A stretch of 64,000 nucleotides of DNA from Mobula birostris (Eukaryota), in assembly GCF_030028105.1 (NCBI RefSeq), contig NC_092377.1:83606569-83670568 (forward strand), read 5' to 3'. Under the pieces are notes generated by a model that saw only the letters and a program-made list of their open reading frames with translations, was not told the origin of the DNA and searched no databases. Made by a program: the position numbers and the translations under genes. This document shows, piece after piece, positions 37,001 through 49,408 of this stretch (position 1 is the stretch's first letter; each line of letters starts with the position of its first letter).

Positions 37001-38474
37001 GGCAATGGAATAGCACAGAGAAAGAATGTCCCCAGCTTCCTACTCCTTAGATCACCGTCTGTCTTCACCCCATTCACATTACCCAGTACATTGTCTGCAG
37101 AAGGGCCTGTGCTGGTGGGACACAAGCACATACTTCAAGAGAAACAAGATTGCTGCAGGAGAAGAGGATCCTGCCTCTACAGTGGCAATGCAGGGCACTT
37201 CTGGGCATTATGTCCCTAGTGACCAATAAAAGAGGATTTCTGTCGGCAGGAGGGGAAATTCTGATGGGTGATTTCTTCCTGAAAGCATTTTTCCCTAATC
37301 ACATGATGCTCCCAGCTTCTTTGTCATTGGATCTCAGACCCATTAATTTCAGGCATTTATTGACTCTGGGGCAGATGGGAACTTCATGGATATCTCTCGA
37401 GTTCAAAGGTGGAAAATTCCAACTCAGCAATTTCAAGAGAATATCAATGTCAAGGGTTTGGATGGTCAACCTCTGGGCACCAGCAAAATCCATCTTTCCA
37501 CAAAACCCCTCCAACTTGCGCTAGAAGACAACAATAGGGAACAGCACTCCTTCTGTCTTGCTGATTCACTTGAACTGCTGCTGGTGCTTGGCCTTCCCTA
37601 CCTATCTCAACACGACCCATGGATCGATTGGTCCCTAAAGGTGCTCCAAACGTGGCTGTCAAATATCTGTGTGGGTCCAGCTCAAACCCCTGTCAGTGTC
37701 TCCCCTCCTGTGTCTGCTGCTAGTGCGGACCTGTGTGGCATGCTCCAGCTGAATATGTTGAACTTCTAGAGGTCTCCAATAAGAAAAAGGACACCTCCCT
37801 GCTGCTGGACAGTTGGTGCAACACTGCAAACTTCTCTGCTGTGCACTCGGACACAATATGACCAGTAGGCCTCTCAAACCAGGGGTTAAGTTCTGCCTGG
37901 CATCTGAAAATCTTCCTTTGAAAGTTGAGAGCTGCAAGTTAGCTCTATGCTATGCTCTATTCATTCGGAACTTCCAGCGTGCACAGGTCTCTGGTGCCTC
38001 AGGAGCTGTGCACAGGGAGGAGGGCCCTGTCACAACCACAGACTCTGCCGCAGAGCCTGGGTGCCCTACAGGTGGGCAGCTGAAAGGGATCAGCAATCAT
38101 ACTCATGAGTACGCTTGTTCCAGCCTATTAGGGTTTCTTCACGCTTGTATTTAACTCCCCTCCTTTCATTTCAGACTTGTCAAGTCCTGACTGAAGCACA
38201 TTAACAGCAACAGTCCCTGCTTACCTTAGTCCTTGTTCCAGGGAGGAAGACTACAGTTCAGATTGACACTGTAATTAATTTAGTTTGAAGGCACTGCTTC
38301 TGAGCTGCAGTGCTCGTGTTACCTTTTAGTTTGAGAGATTTAGTTATGGCGCTAGTAACCTAACATTTATTAATTTCCTTTGTTTTGGACAATTCTTATT
38401 AAAATCCAGTGAATTGTTCAATTCACTTCAGTGTCTATCCCTCTGCACTAGGGCCATTACAACACAGTATGCCA
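34083..38474 (+). mobile_element. Non-autonomous Gypsy LTR element with two decayed gag-protease cassettes; LTRs 34083-34540 and 38028-38474
   Basis: Paired ~450 bp LTRs; PPT CAGGGAGGAGGG before TGTCAC; gag motifs GTVRNYAVKFCTLA and CLYSGNAGHFWALCP; protease FIDSGA/FIDNTASGN and LVLGLPW/YLS.H.PWIDW twice; degenerate TSD TGAAC/TGGGC. Confidence 0.82.
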
Positions 38475-38644
38475 TGGGCACAACAGGTTTTTCAATCAGA
38501 GGGAGGATATCTGACCATTTCCTTATGAATGGGCTTCCCATCATCATTGTCTTCATGAATTGCCCACACATTGAGGGCTGTGTGCTTCTTTATTTAGAGC
38601 CTTACATTTAATTTTTTTTCTTTTCCATATTCAAGTTTTCTTTA

Positions 38645-38895
38645 ATCCTGACCCGGATCTGGGCCGTACCCTCCAAATATCCAGACCCGCCTCTCGTTTT
38701 TTTTGCATTACCTTACTTCACATTTTTCTATTTTCTATTTATGATTTATAATTTAATTTTTTAATATTTACTAATTTTAACTGTTTTTAATATTTAATAT
38801 TTGTAATCCAGGGAGTGTGAAGCGCAGGATCAAATATCGCTGTGTTGATTGTACGTTCTAGTACCAATTATTTGACAACAATAAAATATAAAGTA
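38645..38895 (+). mobile_element. LINE 3' end fragment
   Basis: tgacccggatctgggccgtaccctccaaatatcc, AT-rich tract, aataaaatataaagtata tail. Confidence 0.5.
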
Positions 38896-40159
38896 TATTT
38901 TATGAATTGAATGGCAGTTTTTAGTTCCTTCAAAAGACGTTCACGTGCCTGTGGTTGACACGCAGTTATAATTAATAAATCCTTTAGTTGCTAAATAGAG
39001 ATTACACATGAGTATTGTATTTAGCTGTGAGCTTGCATGCCTGCGTCATCAAAATGCTGCAGTCAGAGGTGAGGCATTGAAGTTTGATCGAGGGTGAAGC
39101 TAGGGGTATGAGTAGCAGAGGTGATGCTGAAGCATAAGTCTGAGTGTGGGTCACAGTCTAGAAAGCTTAGAGGAGAGGGAGGGCGACAGACTATTGACTT
39201 GAAAGATAGGAAGTCTTGTGACAGGACTGAAATGGGGGAAGGGGTGGATGGGCAAGATTTTTTGGAGCTGGTAATGTTAGTTTTCTGATCCGAGGAGTTT
39301 AATGAAAAATGGCATCTGGAGAAGGGTGAGTAATTTATAAGAAAACTAAGTGAAAATAGCAATGGAATAGAAAATCTGAGAGAGAGTCTACTGGTACAGT
39401 CGTGCTGTTGTCATTTTGATTTGGATACAGTGCAGGGCTAAACATATAGGTAATCAAACAGGACAATGGATCTACACTGGTGGTATGTCCATGGACATAT
39501 CAAAGCAAAGTTATCCTGCTCCAGATTTAAACTGATAGTTTGTCTTTGCTTCAGTTCCATGAATTCCTTTAAAAAGCTCCTCAACTACGTGAAGAGGGAA
39601 GGTGCATTTGTCCAAACATATTCCAGGAGTAAAAATACTTCTTTCAGCTTCATCAGGTTCTTGAAGGGTGGTTTAATTAAATGCATTCTAGTAAACCATA
39701 TGGAAACAATAAATACAGTAAAGGAATTTTTCATGTTTTAGTTTTGCTGCCCAAAGCAATGAGAAACTTTTCTCTCCTCCTAAAACTCCCACATTCATCA
39801 CACCATCTGCTCCACCTCTCCTGCTGCTTTGTGCACACGAACACACACACACACACACAATATGGGCACGTTGTTGTGTATCAGATGTCAGTTGCTTCAA
39901 AACTGGATAACAGCACATTCAAAGTCCAGTTTATTGTCACATGCACAAGTACATACATGCGTAGGTCAATGAAAATTTACTTGTGGCAGCAGCACAGGCA
40001 CATTCACAAGAAACCCATAAGTTAAATATACATTATACACAATTTTCCAAGAAATTACGCACAAATAGAATTTAAAAATTCCATTTTAGTGCAAAGTGGT
40101 CAAAGTGTCATAGCGTCTCTAAACCGTAGTAATTAAGATTAATAAACTGTAGTAATTTA

Positions 40160-40782
40160 CTGTGTCTGGTGCTCCCGGTGCCTCCTGTATATCGGTGATC
40201 CAACATAGATTGGGAGACCACCTTGCGGAGCACCTACACTCCATTCTCCAGAAGAAGCTGGTGGCCACCCATTTTAATTCCACTTCCCTTTCCCATTCTG
40301 ACATGTCAATCCCTGGTCTCCCCTACTGTCGTGATGAGGCCACACTCAAGTTGGAGGAACAACACCTTATATTACCTTTGGGTAGCCTCCAACCTGATGG
40401 TATGAGCAGCGATTTCTCAAACTTTCGGTAATGCCCCCCACCCCCCTTCATTATTCCCCATCCCGTTTTCCCTCTCACACTTCATCTGCTTTGTCTGCCC
40501 ACTGCCTCCCTCTGGTGTTCCCCCCCTCCCCCTTTCTTTCTCCCTAGGTCTCCTGTCCCATGATCCTCTCGTATCCCATTTGCCAATCACCTGTCTAGCT
40601 CTTGGCTCCATCCCTACCCCTCCTGTCTTCTCCTATCATTTTGGATCTCCCCCTCCCCATCCCACTTTCAAACTCTTATTATCTCTTCTTCCAGTTAGTC
40701 CTGACGAAGGGTCTTGGCCCAAAATGTCGACTGTACCTCTTCCTAGAGATGCTGCCTGGCCTGTTGCGTTCACCAGCAACTT
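40160..40782 (+). mobile_element. Penelope-like GIY-YIG fragment plus 3' region (hammerhead core mutated at 40697-40732)
   Basis: RLGDHLAEHLHS..VATHFNSTS..LEEQHLILPLGSLQPDGM; 3' region homologous to 6828-7205. Confidence 0.85.
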
Positions 40783-41080
40783 AAAAATGAGAGGACATAG
40801 TTTTAAGGTGCCTGGAAGTAGGTACAGAGGGGCTATCAGGGGTACAATTTTCACACAGAGAGTGGTGGATGCGTGGAATGCACTGCCGGCAACGGTGGTA
40901 GAGGTGGATACAATAGAGTCTTTTAAGAGATTCTTAGATAGGTACATGGAGCTTAGAAAATAGAAGACTATACGGTAGGGAAATTCTACACAGTTTCTAG
41001 AATAGGTTACATGATCGGCACAACATTGTGGGCAGAAGGGCCTGTAATGTGCTGTAGATTTCTATGTTCTATGTTCTATG
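40783..41080 (+). mobile_element. CR1 3' end with (TTCTATG)n tail
   Basis: RGHSFKV..FTQRVVDAWNALPATVVE..FKRFLDRYM; homologous to the reverse complement of 1-190. Confidence 0.85.
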
Positions 41081-41877
41081 ATTTCAATGTTCTAGGCAAG
41101 GAAGTTAATAAATCCATGTCCATGCCTAGTTTAAATGACTAATATTCATGATTAATCAAAAATAATGGCTGCCATACTTTGGGGATTCAACACTAGTGTT
41201 TCCCATCCTGTTGTGGGGTTTGCTCCTTGCTCCTTGCAAACAGCAATGCAGTTTCTGTAAGCTAGCTGAGCTGGTCACTTTAATGAGGCTATAGAGGGGA
41301 CCTGTGTCACTGACAACAGCAGCATTGGAGTCATAGATTTATACAGCAGGGAAACAGGCCTGACAGTGCAAATTATTCATGCTGAACTATTTTTCTGCCT
41401 GATCTAGTTTCATTTGCCCACATCCCACTAAATATTTCCTCTCCCTATATACTTGCTTAAAGCCATTCTTCTGATGAATACTCTTGGTATTACCCCAACC
41501 CCAAACTTTAATAACATTTTGTTTATGATTGAGCCCAATGGATAAAGAATACTACATCTCCAGCTGCATCATCATTGTTTGAAATACAGGTGAACACTGT
41601 CACGTTCTTCAAGAATGAAGAGCTTCACAGTGCTACTATGCATAGCTGAAGTCTTTCACTCACTTTCAGTGGTGGCAGTGAAGTTAACATTCTAGAGTGC
41701 TTCTCTACCCCTCTTTAGCTGGAATTGAGTCACCTCCACCCTAAGATCAATTAAATTAATAACTTCATGGAAGCAAAAATTGTAGCAGAAGATGTTGAGA
41801 AAATAATGTAGCACTTTGGCCTGATTATCGTTTCAAGACCTTAATCAGTTTTGAGCACTAACCAAGAGGCCAGCATG

Positions 41878-42420
41878 AAGTTCAAAGTTCAAAATTCAAA
41901 GTAAAGCTCTTGTCTGAGTATGTATATGTCACTATATACAGAACTACCTTGAGGTTCATTTTCTTGAAGGCATTTACAGCAAATAAAGAAATACAATAGA
42001 ATTTATGAAAAACCATACATAACAAAGACTGTCAAACAACCAATGTACAGGAGAAGACAAATTGTGCAAATAATAAATAAAATAAAAATAAATAAACAAT
42101 ATTTACTTGAGCACATGTACAGAGTCCTTGAAAGTGAGACTGTGGAGTCAGTTCAGTGTTGAGGTTAAGTGAAGTTATCCATGCTGGTTCAGGAATCTGA
42201 TGCTTTTATGGTAATAACTGCTTCAGAATGCATGGGACCCAAGGCTCTTTTACTTCCTGACCAAAGGTAATAGTGAGAACAGTGCATGTCCTGGGATGAG
42301 GGTGGTCCTTGATGATGGATTTTGCTATCTTGTGGCAGCACTCCTTGTAAATGTGCTCAATTATGGGGAGGATTTTTCCTGTGATGAACAGGGCTGGGCA
42401 TCGGTGTTTCCATACCAGGT
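41878..42420 (-). mobile_element. Rex1/L2-like LINE 3' fragment
   Basis: (TTCAAAG)n-like tail; peptide ITGKILPIIEHIYKECCHKIAKSIIKDHPHP. Confidence 0.65.
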
Positions 42421-42748
42421 TCGCAAGAACAATACAAAGGAGTGCCACACTGATAAAGCTGACATCTTTTGAATCAGTCATGAAACTGATCTTAAACCAT
42501 TTGCTCCTCAGATGGATGTAGAAGTTCCATTGAAATTATTCCAAAGAAGCCCAGCAGAAGTACGAATGATACCCTGGCTGATGTCAATCTGCATTCAAAA
42601 TAGCTAAAACCTATCCAGTAAAATCAATATTCTTTGTAAAAGCTTATTAGATACAAATTGGCTGTACATTTAGAAAATTGTAATAGTGATGGCATATCAA
42701 TAGAAGTACTTTAGATACCTTAAGTTCATTAACATTGATATATAAAAG

Positions 42749-43795
42749 TGTCATAATGGGGGTGCTAGTGGTGGACCCAAATGCAAGGCACAGACACTGA
42801 AGTACTAGGAACAGGACAAGGTGTGTCAAGAAAGCAAGGGAAGTGGGGAAGAAACGACGCTGGACAAGACACAGGCCCTGGACGAAACTAGGATACAGGA
42901 CCTGGGCTAGGACTAGACTAGGAAAGCGGGACCTGGACAAGGAACAAAGAACTTGGAACCTGGACAAGGGCTCGGAGCCAGAGACTGGACAGGGACCCGG
43001 AACCTGGGTCTTAACTCGGGCTTGGACTCCGGATCCAGGCAAGGACAAGACGTGGCAAGGCAGCAGGACTAGACATGGCGGCAGGACACGGGACTCTTGG
43101 GCAGGACGTGGGACCAGAACTGGATGAGGACTTGAAGCTAAGACTTGGACTTTGGGGACTGGAACACAGAGTCTTGGTCTTGGGAGACAGGAACACAGAA
43201 CACAGAGCCTTGGTAATCTTGGGAGGCAGGAACGCAGAACACAGAGCCTTGGTAATCTTGGGAGACAGGAATGCAGAACACAGAACCTTGGTAATCTTGG
43301 GAGACAGGGATGCAGAACACAGAGCCAGGACCTCTCATTGGGAACAGGATATAGGGCCGGGACTCATACACAGAACACTGAACACACAAGACAGTTCCCA
43401 ACACTAGGTAGCGGCAAACGGCTGGACCTACCTAACGAAGGCGTGGACACAGAGACAGTTCCCAACAACAAAAGACTGTTTCTTATCTAGACACAGCAAG
43501 GCTTCAGTCTTGCTCCAGCAGTAGAACTTGATACAGATGAGGATGCAGGCAAGGTTGCAGGCAAGTCTGCAGGCCAAGGCTTCAGGCAAAGGCTTCAGAA
43601 GGAAGGGGAAGGGAAGGGAACAGTCCAGCACCTGAAGCTGAACCCAGGAGCTATTTATGTAGCCAGCCCAAAATGAGAATCATGTGCCTCAATTAAGGCA
43701 CACAACTGGACAAGGGAAAACTGGAAACCCTGGAATATGGATCAATGGACCGGACCATGAACCGGAATGTGGACTTTATGGACCAGACCATGACA
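42749..43795 (-). mobile_element. Solo LTR related to 19152-20288, with 39-bp tandem repeats
   Basis: TGTCA...TGACA termini; TSD AAAAG (42744-42748 / 43796-43800); shared TGCATTTGGGTCCAC and GGTAGGTCC.GC.GTTTGCC.CTACC blocks. Confidence 0.85.
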
Positions 43796-43804
43796 AAAAG
43801 TCTA

Positions 43805-44330
43805 TAAAATGTGATATGCATACCTGCTTGGAATGGCAACTGAGCTCTGACTGTGATTGCAAAAATCTGCAGAAAGTTGTGGACACAGCTCAGCACATCA
43901 AGGGAACTAGCCTCCCCTCTATGGACCCTGCCTATACCTCACTGTCTCAGTAAAGCAGCCTCCATAATCAAAGACACCACACCTGGTATTCTCTCTTCTC
44001 CATGGTCCCATCAGGAAGACAATACAAAAGTCTGGAAGTATGTATCATCATGCTCAAGACCAGATTCTATCCTGCTGTTATCAGTCTCGTGAATGGACCT
44101 CTTGTATGATAAATTGGACTCTTAACCTCACAAATATCTTGTTACAAACTTGAACTTTATTGTTTACCTGCACTGCACTTTCTCTAGAGCTGTTACACTT
44201 TTTTCTGCATTGTTATTGTTTTACCTTGTTCCACCTCAATGCACTGTGATTTGATCTGCATGAATAGAATGCAAGACAAGCAATTCATTGTATCTTGGTA
44301 AATGTGACAATAATAAAACAATACCAATAC
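43805..44330 (+). mobile_element. Rex1/L2-like LINE 3' fragment
   Basis: DCKNLQKVVDTAQHIKGTSLPSM, KAASIIKD; tail gtgacaataataaaacaataccaatac. Confidence 0.65.
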
Positions 44331-45431
44331 ATAATGCTGACACGTGGGAAGATAGTAGAATTTTAAAGTATATTTAAATCAGATTTCATTTAGTTTAGTA
44401 TCCACCACATTTCATGAACGATCTCCTGGCCCCTAGAAAGGAAATGAAATGGGAAATAAGGAAACTTGGCAACACTAGAAGCTGGCAGGTTTCTCCCAGA
44501 GCAACTTACAGTGACTATAGAACTCATTGTCTGAAAGGTTGATAGAAAAGTATCAAAAGTAACTTTAGTAATAAGTTTTGCCTCTGCTATACATTTGAAA
44601 GTGAAAAGGGTTTCCAATAACTCTCTCCAGTGCCTAGCACATCAGTCAGTTAGGCTGGGTTGTTCGTTGAAACGACAAGAAAATACCGTAGTTGTCACAT
44701 TATACTGAAGCTAAAGTACATCAGGAAATTGGTTGATGCTGAAAACACCAACAAACAGGTGTAACACCCTGGGAATGGGAAAGGTTTCACAGCAAACGTA
44801 ATGGTGTTTATGTGCTTTCTAGCTGCTCTGTTCGCTAAATATTCCAAAAATGCTTCTTTAAAAGCCTCCAGTTGTTGAACCAATAAAGACCACCACATTC
44901 GTTAGGAATTTGTTAGGATTTATTTTGGGGGCCACAAGACACATTTTCCCTCTTATTTTGTTCACTTAAGCCCCACCGACTTTTAATTGTTTCTTTTAGT
45001 TGTTGGAACCCATTATACTGCAAAATTAGCCCCGGTTCTTCCCTAATGTGCCTAAATTGCGAAGTTCTAAATGAGAACGGCGCGTATTTACGGCTCTGAA
45101 CTGTCGTGGCGCATTCAGCAGCTCAGTGTCCGAATTAGCAGCAGCTAACCATCGGGGGGAGCCGTCGGCCAACTTTATTTATGTTTATTCCTTGATTGCG
45201 GTTAATACAGTAATTTACAGTAAGCGTACACAATCCGTATGAACGCAATTCGTACCGGGGTCATTTCTGTGACATTGTCTGAGGCTCTTTCTTTTCAATC
45301 CACCTTACATATGTGTGGAAAACGAAGTTAAAGCAAACCTCCAACATTTGTGACAAAGTGAGAGAGAATCAGCAAACAACCGAAGTAGTTTTTGCATAAA
45401 ACTTCTGTAAAAAAAAACGACTTCAGCAAAT

Positions 45432-45545
45432 GGAACATAAAATAGTACAGCACAGTACAGGCCCTTCGGCCCACAATGCTGTGCCGACCCTTAAACCCTG
45501 CCTCCCATATAACCCCCCACCTTAAATTCCTCCATATACCTGTAA
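45432..45545 (-). mobile_element. Short CR1 3' end
   Basis: acagcacagtacaggcccttcggcccacaatgctgtgccgacc. Confidence 0.65.
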
Positions 45546-46569
45546 AAGCTGGGTCGACAGAAATAAAGGAACAACAGTACACCCTTTACCCTGTACATCC
45601 ACACTAGGAGGGTTGTGCAGCTTTGGGACTACTCGGCTAAACGAGATAGTTCACAGTGAACATTCACCTTGCAGACTAACCGCTCCTCCTCCTCCTCACT
45701 TCTGGTCACGCTTGTTCAACCTGACCAGTTGGCCGCGATGACACACGGCAGAACTGGTAGAACTGACCTTTTAGATCTGTATACACTCCGTGTACCAAAG
45801 TTATTGGCCGTTTACAAGGAACAAAGAGCCATTTGTAAAGCAGGACTGGAAAAACCAGTACAAGATCACAAAAAAATGGTAAATTTAAACCAGTCACTTA
45901 AATTAGATCGGACGCTCAGGAGTTAATATCCCATCTTTGCCCCATCTTCCGACCCCACTTGCATTGAGTTTGGAAGCGACTTTGCAGGCAAAAAAGCTCA
46001 GATTATTGAATATTTGTATTTATTTCCAATATTAATTAGATTATATTGAGGATTGCGAGAGTTACGACTGACTGGGGTAAATTAACGTTATCTTGTTGGA
46101 GCTGTGGCCTTAGTGTCGAATATGAACATGAATGTATCACCTGGGCCCTCAGTTTGCCCCGCCATTCGATATGATCGAGGCTCATATTCATTCTGCGCTC
46201 GGCGGCACGTTAGAGCTATTTGCTGGGAAACGTTCTGTCGGAGACTGTCTCACACCCTTTGGATGGGTAGGGTGTAATTATAGTTATATAATGAAGCTTG
46301 GCTGACAAGTTGCTTCCAAGATCTTAAACATTGATTTTACTTGTTTTCGAATGTGAACCCCGAACTCTACTAATATTGCATATTCGGCCAAAAAGTAAAG
46401 AGAGATCCGCAGATGCAGGAATTCTGAAATAGAAATGCCGGAAGTATTTAAGACGGCATCTGCGGTGAGAGAAAAAGTCAGTGTATCAGGTCGCTGACCT
46501 TTCACCGCTTGGCTCTACTACAGATAAAGCCACTCTTATACAGATCTCCTCAGACAGAGCAAAAGTGGC

Positions 46570-46950
46570 AGCCTGCAGTATGACTCTCATTTTTCGCAGG
46601 AGTTGCACATTCTACAAATAATGCTCCTAAAGCCCTCTCCGTTGGTTGGGGTCGGCCATGGATGTTGCGTTCTAGCTGTTTTGCGTCGAAGTCAATGCGC
46701 AAGCCCGACGATATGGAGGGCAAGCCGTTGTCCACGAAGCGGACTCCCCCTCTTCACGCCGCTGATGAATCCAAAGGAACGGCAGTGACTGATACAGTTC
46801 GGGCGTCGCAGGTGCTGCCAGTTCGCGTTGAACTCAAAGTAGGGGCACCAGCTCCGGATTTTTCCTTGGGGTTTACTCCCGTAGCCTTCCGCATGAGTGG
46901 GTATAACCGCAAGGCAGCGGAGTTTTGAGATCAGAGTTTTCCTTTTCCAA
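46570..46950. mobile_element. SINE/RTE-related repeat sharing a central domain with the SINE at 32704-33011
   Basis: ctccccctcttcacgccgctgatgaatccaaaggaacggca..gatacagtt aligns by eye to ctcccctctccacgccaccgatgttgtccaagggaagggca..gatacagct. Confidence 0.55.
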
Positions 46951-48084
46951 GTAATGCTTCACACAGAAGCAAGATGCAACAACGGCCTTTGATGGCGAAA
47001 GGAAGCTCCCACCCCCAATCAAAATTGACTGAACTGCGATCGAAACGGTCAATAAACTGAGTGCTATTTTTGTTTATTGTTGTCTGCTAAAACCACGCGG
47101 TGATGTAGGATCGCCACAGAGCCCGCAGGCGGTGCATATACAGAGAGAAAAAAAATCAACTAATCCGGCCTCCAATAAAGTCATGTTTTGGGAGACTCTT
47201 TTGTGTTTAAGTTAGTAGATGCGTTAAACTTCTGTTGATAAACATACGCACGTGGAATTTATTCAATGTACAAATATTACCTGATTATACTGCAAGTAAC
47301 CAAATAATACAATAATTGAACAGCATAATGACTATATTTGTCATATAATAATTGAATATATAGTATGCGTGTGCGCGCGTGCGCAAAGTAGTTGAGTTAC
47401 TGAAGGTTTAACGCTGCAAGCTTTACTTAGTAAGTCACCGTTTTACCAGCATTTCTGCGGCAGTTTAGACCATGTCTGAATTTAGCGAGGAATGTTGGCC
47501 CGTGTTATAACGTTGTGTATTCTTGTATTAAGTCTTATTACGCAAAACCATCCCGCAGACAAACTAAGCCAATCCTTGGCCCAGGACAACATGTGTGAAC
47601 TTTAATTTTCTATCGAATTTCTTTACCTTTTCTTCCCTCCCCCCGGCCCAATGTTTGTTTGCTTTCCTTTCCTCGAAATCTAACGTTTTCTCCTTATGTT
47701 AGCTTGTAAGAGACCAAACTGAACACTGGCCTATCGCCAGGGCTGGTTAGAACAGACACTCTGAATTTAGTTGGACAGTGAGGTAACATTAGTCTGCTCA
47801 GACCTGTTTTGTTAACCAACAATTAAGTTTTCGTTCCCATATGACTAGACACAACTACACATGACAGCGATTGAACTCGGCTCAAAAATAAAACGTCCTC
47901 TCGATCCATAAATTAACACTTAGTCAATAATATCCCACTATGTGTTGGATAGTGCGGTTAATCAAACAAAAACAGTCTTGTAAAAGAAGTAACTTTGAAA
48001 TAGTTTTTTTTAAATTCTGCTATTAAAGGAACAAATCGGATTAAGGTTTAATGAATCTATTCAAACGTTGCCTTTTGATGCTGT

Positions 48085-48240
48085 TGGCAGGTGTACAATG
48101 GAGGGGCAGAATCGAATGCACTCACGCCTAGGTGTGAGATGATTATTCAAATAGGCTGCAAAGAAATTGGGATTGGAGGTTGGTGTGGCGCGCACACAGC
48201 TATATCACAGTTCACCGCCAGCCACCCACGTCACTTCAAG
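48085..48240 (+). promoter_or_regulatory. Candidate foxa2 proximal promoter
   Basis: T-box palindrome 48122-48137, two ATTGG (CCAAT) boxes ~48166-48176, TATA-like TATATC at 48201, CACGTCA at ~48227; FoxA-type TGTTTGTTT further upstream at 47652. Confidence 0.5.
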
Positions 48241-48365
48241 CCACTGTCATCACGAGCTGCCTCTGGATCGCTTTGGGCGGCAGTAAACCAGGAGCCAGCA
48301 CTTTTCAAATAACCTATTCCGCAATCCGACACAGGGGGTGATCCGTCGCCCAGAATCTTCTTTTA

Positions 48366-48614
48366 NNNNNNNNNNNNNNNNNNNNNNNNNNNNNNNNNNN
48401 NNNNNNNNNNNNNNNNNNNNNNNNNNNNNNNNNNNNNNNNNNNNNNNNNNNNNNNNNNNNNNNNNNNNNNNNNNNNNNNNNNNNNNNNNNNNNNNNNNNN
48501 NNNNNNNNNNNNNNNNNNNNNNNNNNNNNNNNNNNNNNNNNNNNNNNNNNNNNNNNNNNNNNNNNNNNNNNNNNNNNNNNNNNNNNNNNNNNNNNNNNNN
48601 NNNNNNNNNNNNNN
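48366..48614. other. Assembly gap (N run) immediately 5' of the foxa2 start codon
   Basis: Run of N. Confidence 1.
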
Positions 48615-48628
48615 GCTCCCGATCCCTA

Positions 48629-48715
48629 ATGCATTCTACCTCCAACATGCTGGGTGCAGTGAAAATGGAAGGACATGAACACACAGACTGGAGCTCCTAC
48701 TATGGAGAGCCCGAG
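48629..48715 (+). CDS. foxa2: Forkhead box protein A2 (HNF3-beta), first coding exon
   Basis: [29 protein letters not shown] followed by GAG|GTAGG donor (phase 0); second in-frame ATG at 48647. Confidence 0.93.
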
Positions 48716-49408
48716 GTAGGTTTCGGCACAAAAAGCAATCCTCTTTATGTACAAGATAATATTAGCCTTAAGATAATATTAACTTTGTGATCAAATATTG
48801 ACTTGCGGCGCCTCCAATTCCTCCTCGATTTGCACGCAATAGTCTTTAAACAAAGTTCTATTTGGCTAAAATAAAGTTTCAGTTGTGCATTTAAATACTT
48901 ATAAAGCGCAGGAGACATAACTGATTCGACTTTCCTCCTCACTTCGATATATTAATCGAAGTTTATTAACTACGCGGCGGCTTTTTATTTTTTTTCTTTA
49001 TCCTCCTCTGGGCTTTACGGTGTATACTTTTGCTGAAATCGCTTATGATAAATTGGCATCATAATATAGTAATCTTTTATTTTGTTTTAAAACAAACCCT
49101 TCTGATTATTCGAGAGGTTAAGATAAAAATTGTAAAAAGAATCAATATAATTCATAAAAAAGGATTGTCATTAGTTAGTCAGCAGATGAATGCCTCATTA
49201 GTAGAATTATTAGGACGATGGATGAATTGTTATTTCCAAGGAAAAAAAGAATCAATTCAACAAAGGTGCCCCTTTGATGATTATAAATACTGTTAATAGA
49301 GTAAAGGATATTTTACATCGGATATCAAAGTAGACTAAGATTAGTGATGAGTTTAACGCCTTGAGTCGTTCCATATTATTAATCCTGTTTTATTTTATTT
49401 CTATCAAG

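Noticed and set aside
40697-40732. Active hammerhead (also 8645-8680 and 53193-53226)
   Set aside because: Core mutated: GAAAC to AAAAT here, and CTGA to CAGA or CCGA in the others
46905-46955. HDV-like ribozyme of an RTE 5' region
   Set aside because: GGCAGC..TTCCTT start is present, but the repeat is truncated before the pairing strand
48070-48095. Splice acceptor or uORF (48091-48312) upstream of foxa2
   Set aside because: Weak pyrimidine tract, GTG start and no recognisable product; the 5' exon structure cannot be resolved because of the N gap
49361-49408. N-terminal [16 protein letters not shown] of the 415-aa ORF
   Set aside because: Intronic polypyrimidine tract with a TTG start; FoxA2 homology begins after the AG at 49408
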